Source: Defluviitaleaceae bacterium (GTDB lineage: Bacteria > Bacillota > Clostridia > Lachnospirales > WRAX01). From it: DNA of 64,000 bases. The stretch lies in the NCBI GenBank assembly GCA_009785555.1, contig WQWB01000003.1:2280-66279 (forward strand), given 5' to 3'. A model generated the notes under the pieces. The model made no database searches. It worked only from the letters and a program-made list of their open reading frames with translations, and was not told the origin of the DNA. The stretch's first letter is position 1. The number at the start of each line of letters is the position of its first letter. This document shows positions 63,023-64,000 of the stretch, one piece after another. Both the position numbers and the translations under genes were made by a program.

Positions 63023-64000
63023 ATGAAAAAAATAATATTAACTGGCGGCGGCACGGCTGGGCATGTTATGCCAAACCTTGCGCTTTTGCCTTATTTAAAA
63101 GAACGGGGTTTTGAGGTTTTCTACATCGGCGCGGAAAAAAGCATAGAACAGGAACTTGCGGAAAAACACGGTATACCGTTTCACTCAATACGAACGGGTA
63201 AAATGCGGCGTGATAAAATACTGTCGGTAAAGAACTTTAAGGATGCATTCGGTTTTGTCGGCGGCATTAGAGACGCTAAAGATATCATAAAAAAAATCCG
63301 CCCAGACGTTATCTTCTCTAAAGGCGGTTTCGTCGGGTTACCCGTGGCCATGGCTGCGCGCAGGTGCCGCGTACCTCTTATCCTGCACGAGTCCGACCTT
63401 ACGTCCGGCTTAGCAAACCGTCTGTCTATACGGTACGCAAAAAGGATTTGCGTATCCTTCCCTGAAACGCTAAAAGAACTGCCCGCAGAAAAAGCCGTGT
63501 TTACGGGAAACCCCATAAGGCAGGAACTTTATAAAGGCGATACATCCAAAGCACGCAAACTATGCGGCTTTGCAGACAACAAACCGATTGCTCTTATTAT
63601 GGGCGGAAGCTCCGGTTCGGAACTCCTAAACAACGTTGTTTTGGAGGCTCTGCCATTGCTTCTGCCTAAGTTCAACATTATCCACCTTGCAGGAAAGGGT
63701 AAGCTTGGCGGCGCGCAGCTTAAATATGGCTACAAGGCCTTTGAGTTTTTAACGGACGAAATGCCAGATATGCTGGCGGCGGCCGATATCATCGTATCAC
63801 GCGCGGGAGCAAACGCCATAAACGAGTTCCTTGCCCTTCGCAAGCCCGCTCTTCTCATTCCCCTTGCCCGCGCCACACGGGGCGACCAGATAGACAACGC
63901 CAAATCCTTCGCCGCACGCGGTTTTGCGAAAATCCTCAGTGAAGCAGACTTAAATGTCGATACCCTCACCAATGAAATAGAAATTTTGTTTGCCGAAAAA
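63023..64000 (+). CDS. murG: UDP-GlcNAc:lipid I N-acetylglucosaminyltransferase MurG (3' end beyond window)
   Basis: My own translation from ATG 63023: MKKIILTGGGTAGHVMPNLALLPYL...SKGGFVGLPV...HESD...GGSSGS...RAGANAINEF... Open to the window end (326 codons). Absent from the ORF track because no stop codon is reached. Confidence 0.9.
   Translation, partial: MKKIILTGGGTAGHVMPNLALLPYLKERGFEVFYIGAEKSIEQELAEKHGIPFHSIRTGKMRRDKILSVKNFKDAFGFVGGIRDAKDIIKKIRPDVIFSKGGFVGLPVAMAARRCRVPLILHESDLTSGLANRLSIRYAKRICVSFPETLKELPAEKAVFTGNPIRQELYKGDTSKARKLCGFADNKPIALIMGGSSGSELLNNVVLEALPLLLPKFNIIHLAGKGKLGGAQLKYGYKAFEFLTDEMPDMLAAADIIVSRAGANAINEFLALRKPALLIPLARATRGDQIDNAKSFAARGFAKILSEADLNVDTLTNEIEILFAEK

Noticed and set aside
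63181-63972. ORF-track minus-strand ORFs 63181..63516 and 63730..63972
   Set aside because: Both are antisense to a clear MurG reading frame (63023 to the window end) that the track omitted because it has no stop codon. Their sequences are Arg/Ser/Ala-rich antisense artefacts.

Overview
The gene content points to a chromosomal segment of a spore-forming anaerobic Firmicute of the Clostridia type: Rnf complex, pyruvate phosphate dikinase, CotF-like coat proteins, an SLH/LRR wall protein and an EndoA-type MazF. I can support about 65 protein genes, one tRNA-Ser, several intrinsic terminators and sigma-A-like promoters, and an unusually rich set of structured intergenic repeats.

Housekeeping blocks:
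- rnfDGEAB, with an rnfC-like gene 40 kb away
- cysteine desulfurase-thiI
- trmL
- ppdK
- tsaE-tsaB-rimI
- recQ
- aqpZ
- alr
- murG (runs off the 3' edge and is missing from the ORF track)

Accessory or unusual content sits mostly in visibly AT-rich inserts (judged by eye, GC not computed):
- (a) An overlapping soluble ABC-type ATPase plus TOPRIM-like/DUF4276-type pair (58247-59997). This is my best candidate for an uncharacterised OLD/PARIS-like defence module.
- (b) An orphan 324-aa protein with a C-terminal RNxxxH (HEPN-like) motif (46400-47374).
- (c) An Abi-alpha/DUF4393-like gene (11526-12314).
- (d) A RayT-type Y1 transposase surrounded by, and internally containing, GTAG-hairpin REP units (51944-52567).
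- (e) An EndoA/MazF toxin with no antitoxin gene.
- (f) A PBP5-like protein with all three catalytic motifs substituted.
- (g) Two loci pairing a small Cys-rich secreted protein with a larger secreted protein.
- (h) At least three families of nested hairpin or TIR-bounded intergenic repeats. Some of these supply codons to adjacent genes or create false ORF extensions.

All family assignments come from motif recognition by eye. No HMM or BLAST search was possible, and the decisive searches are named in each finding.
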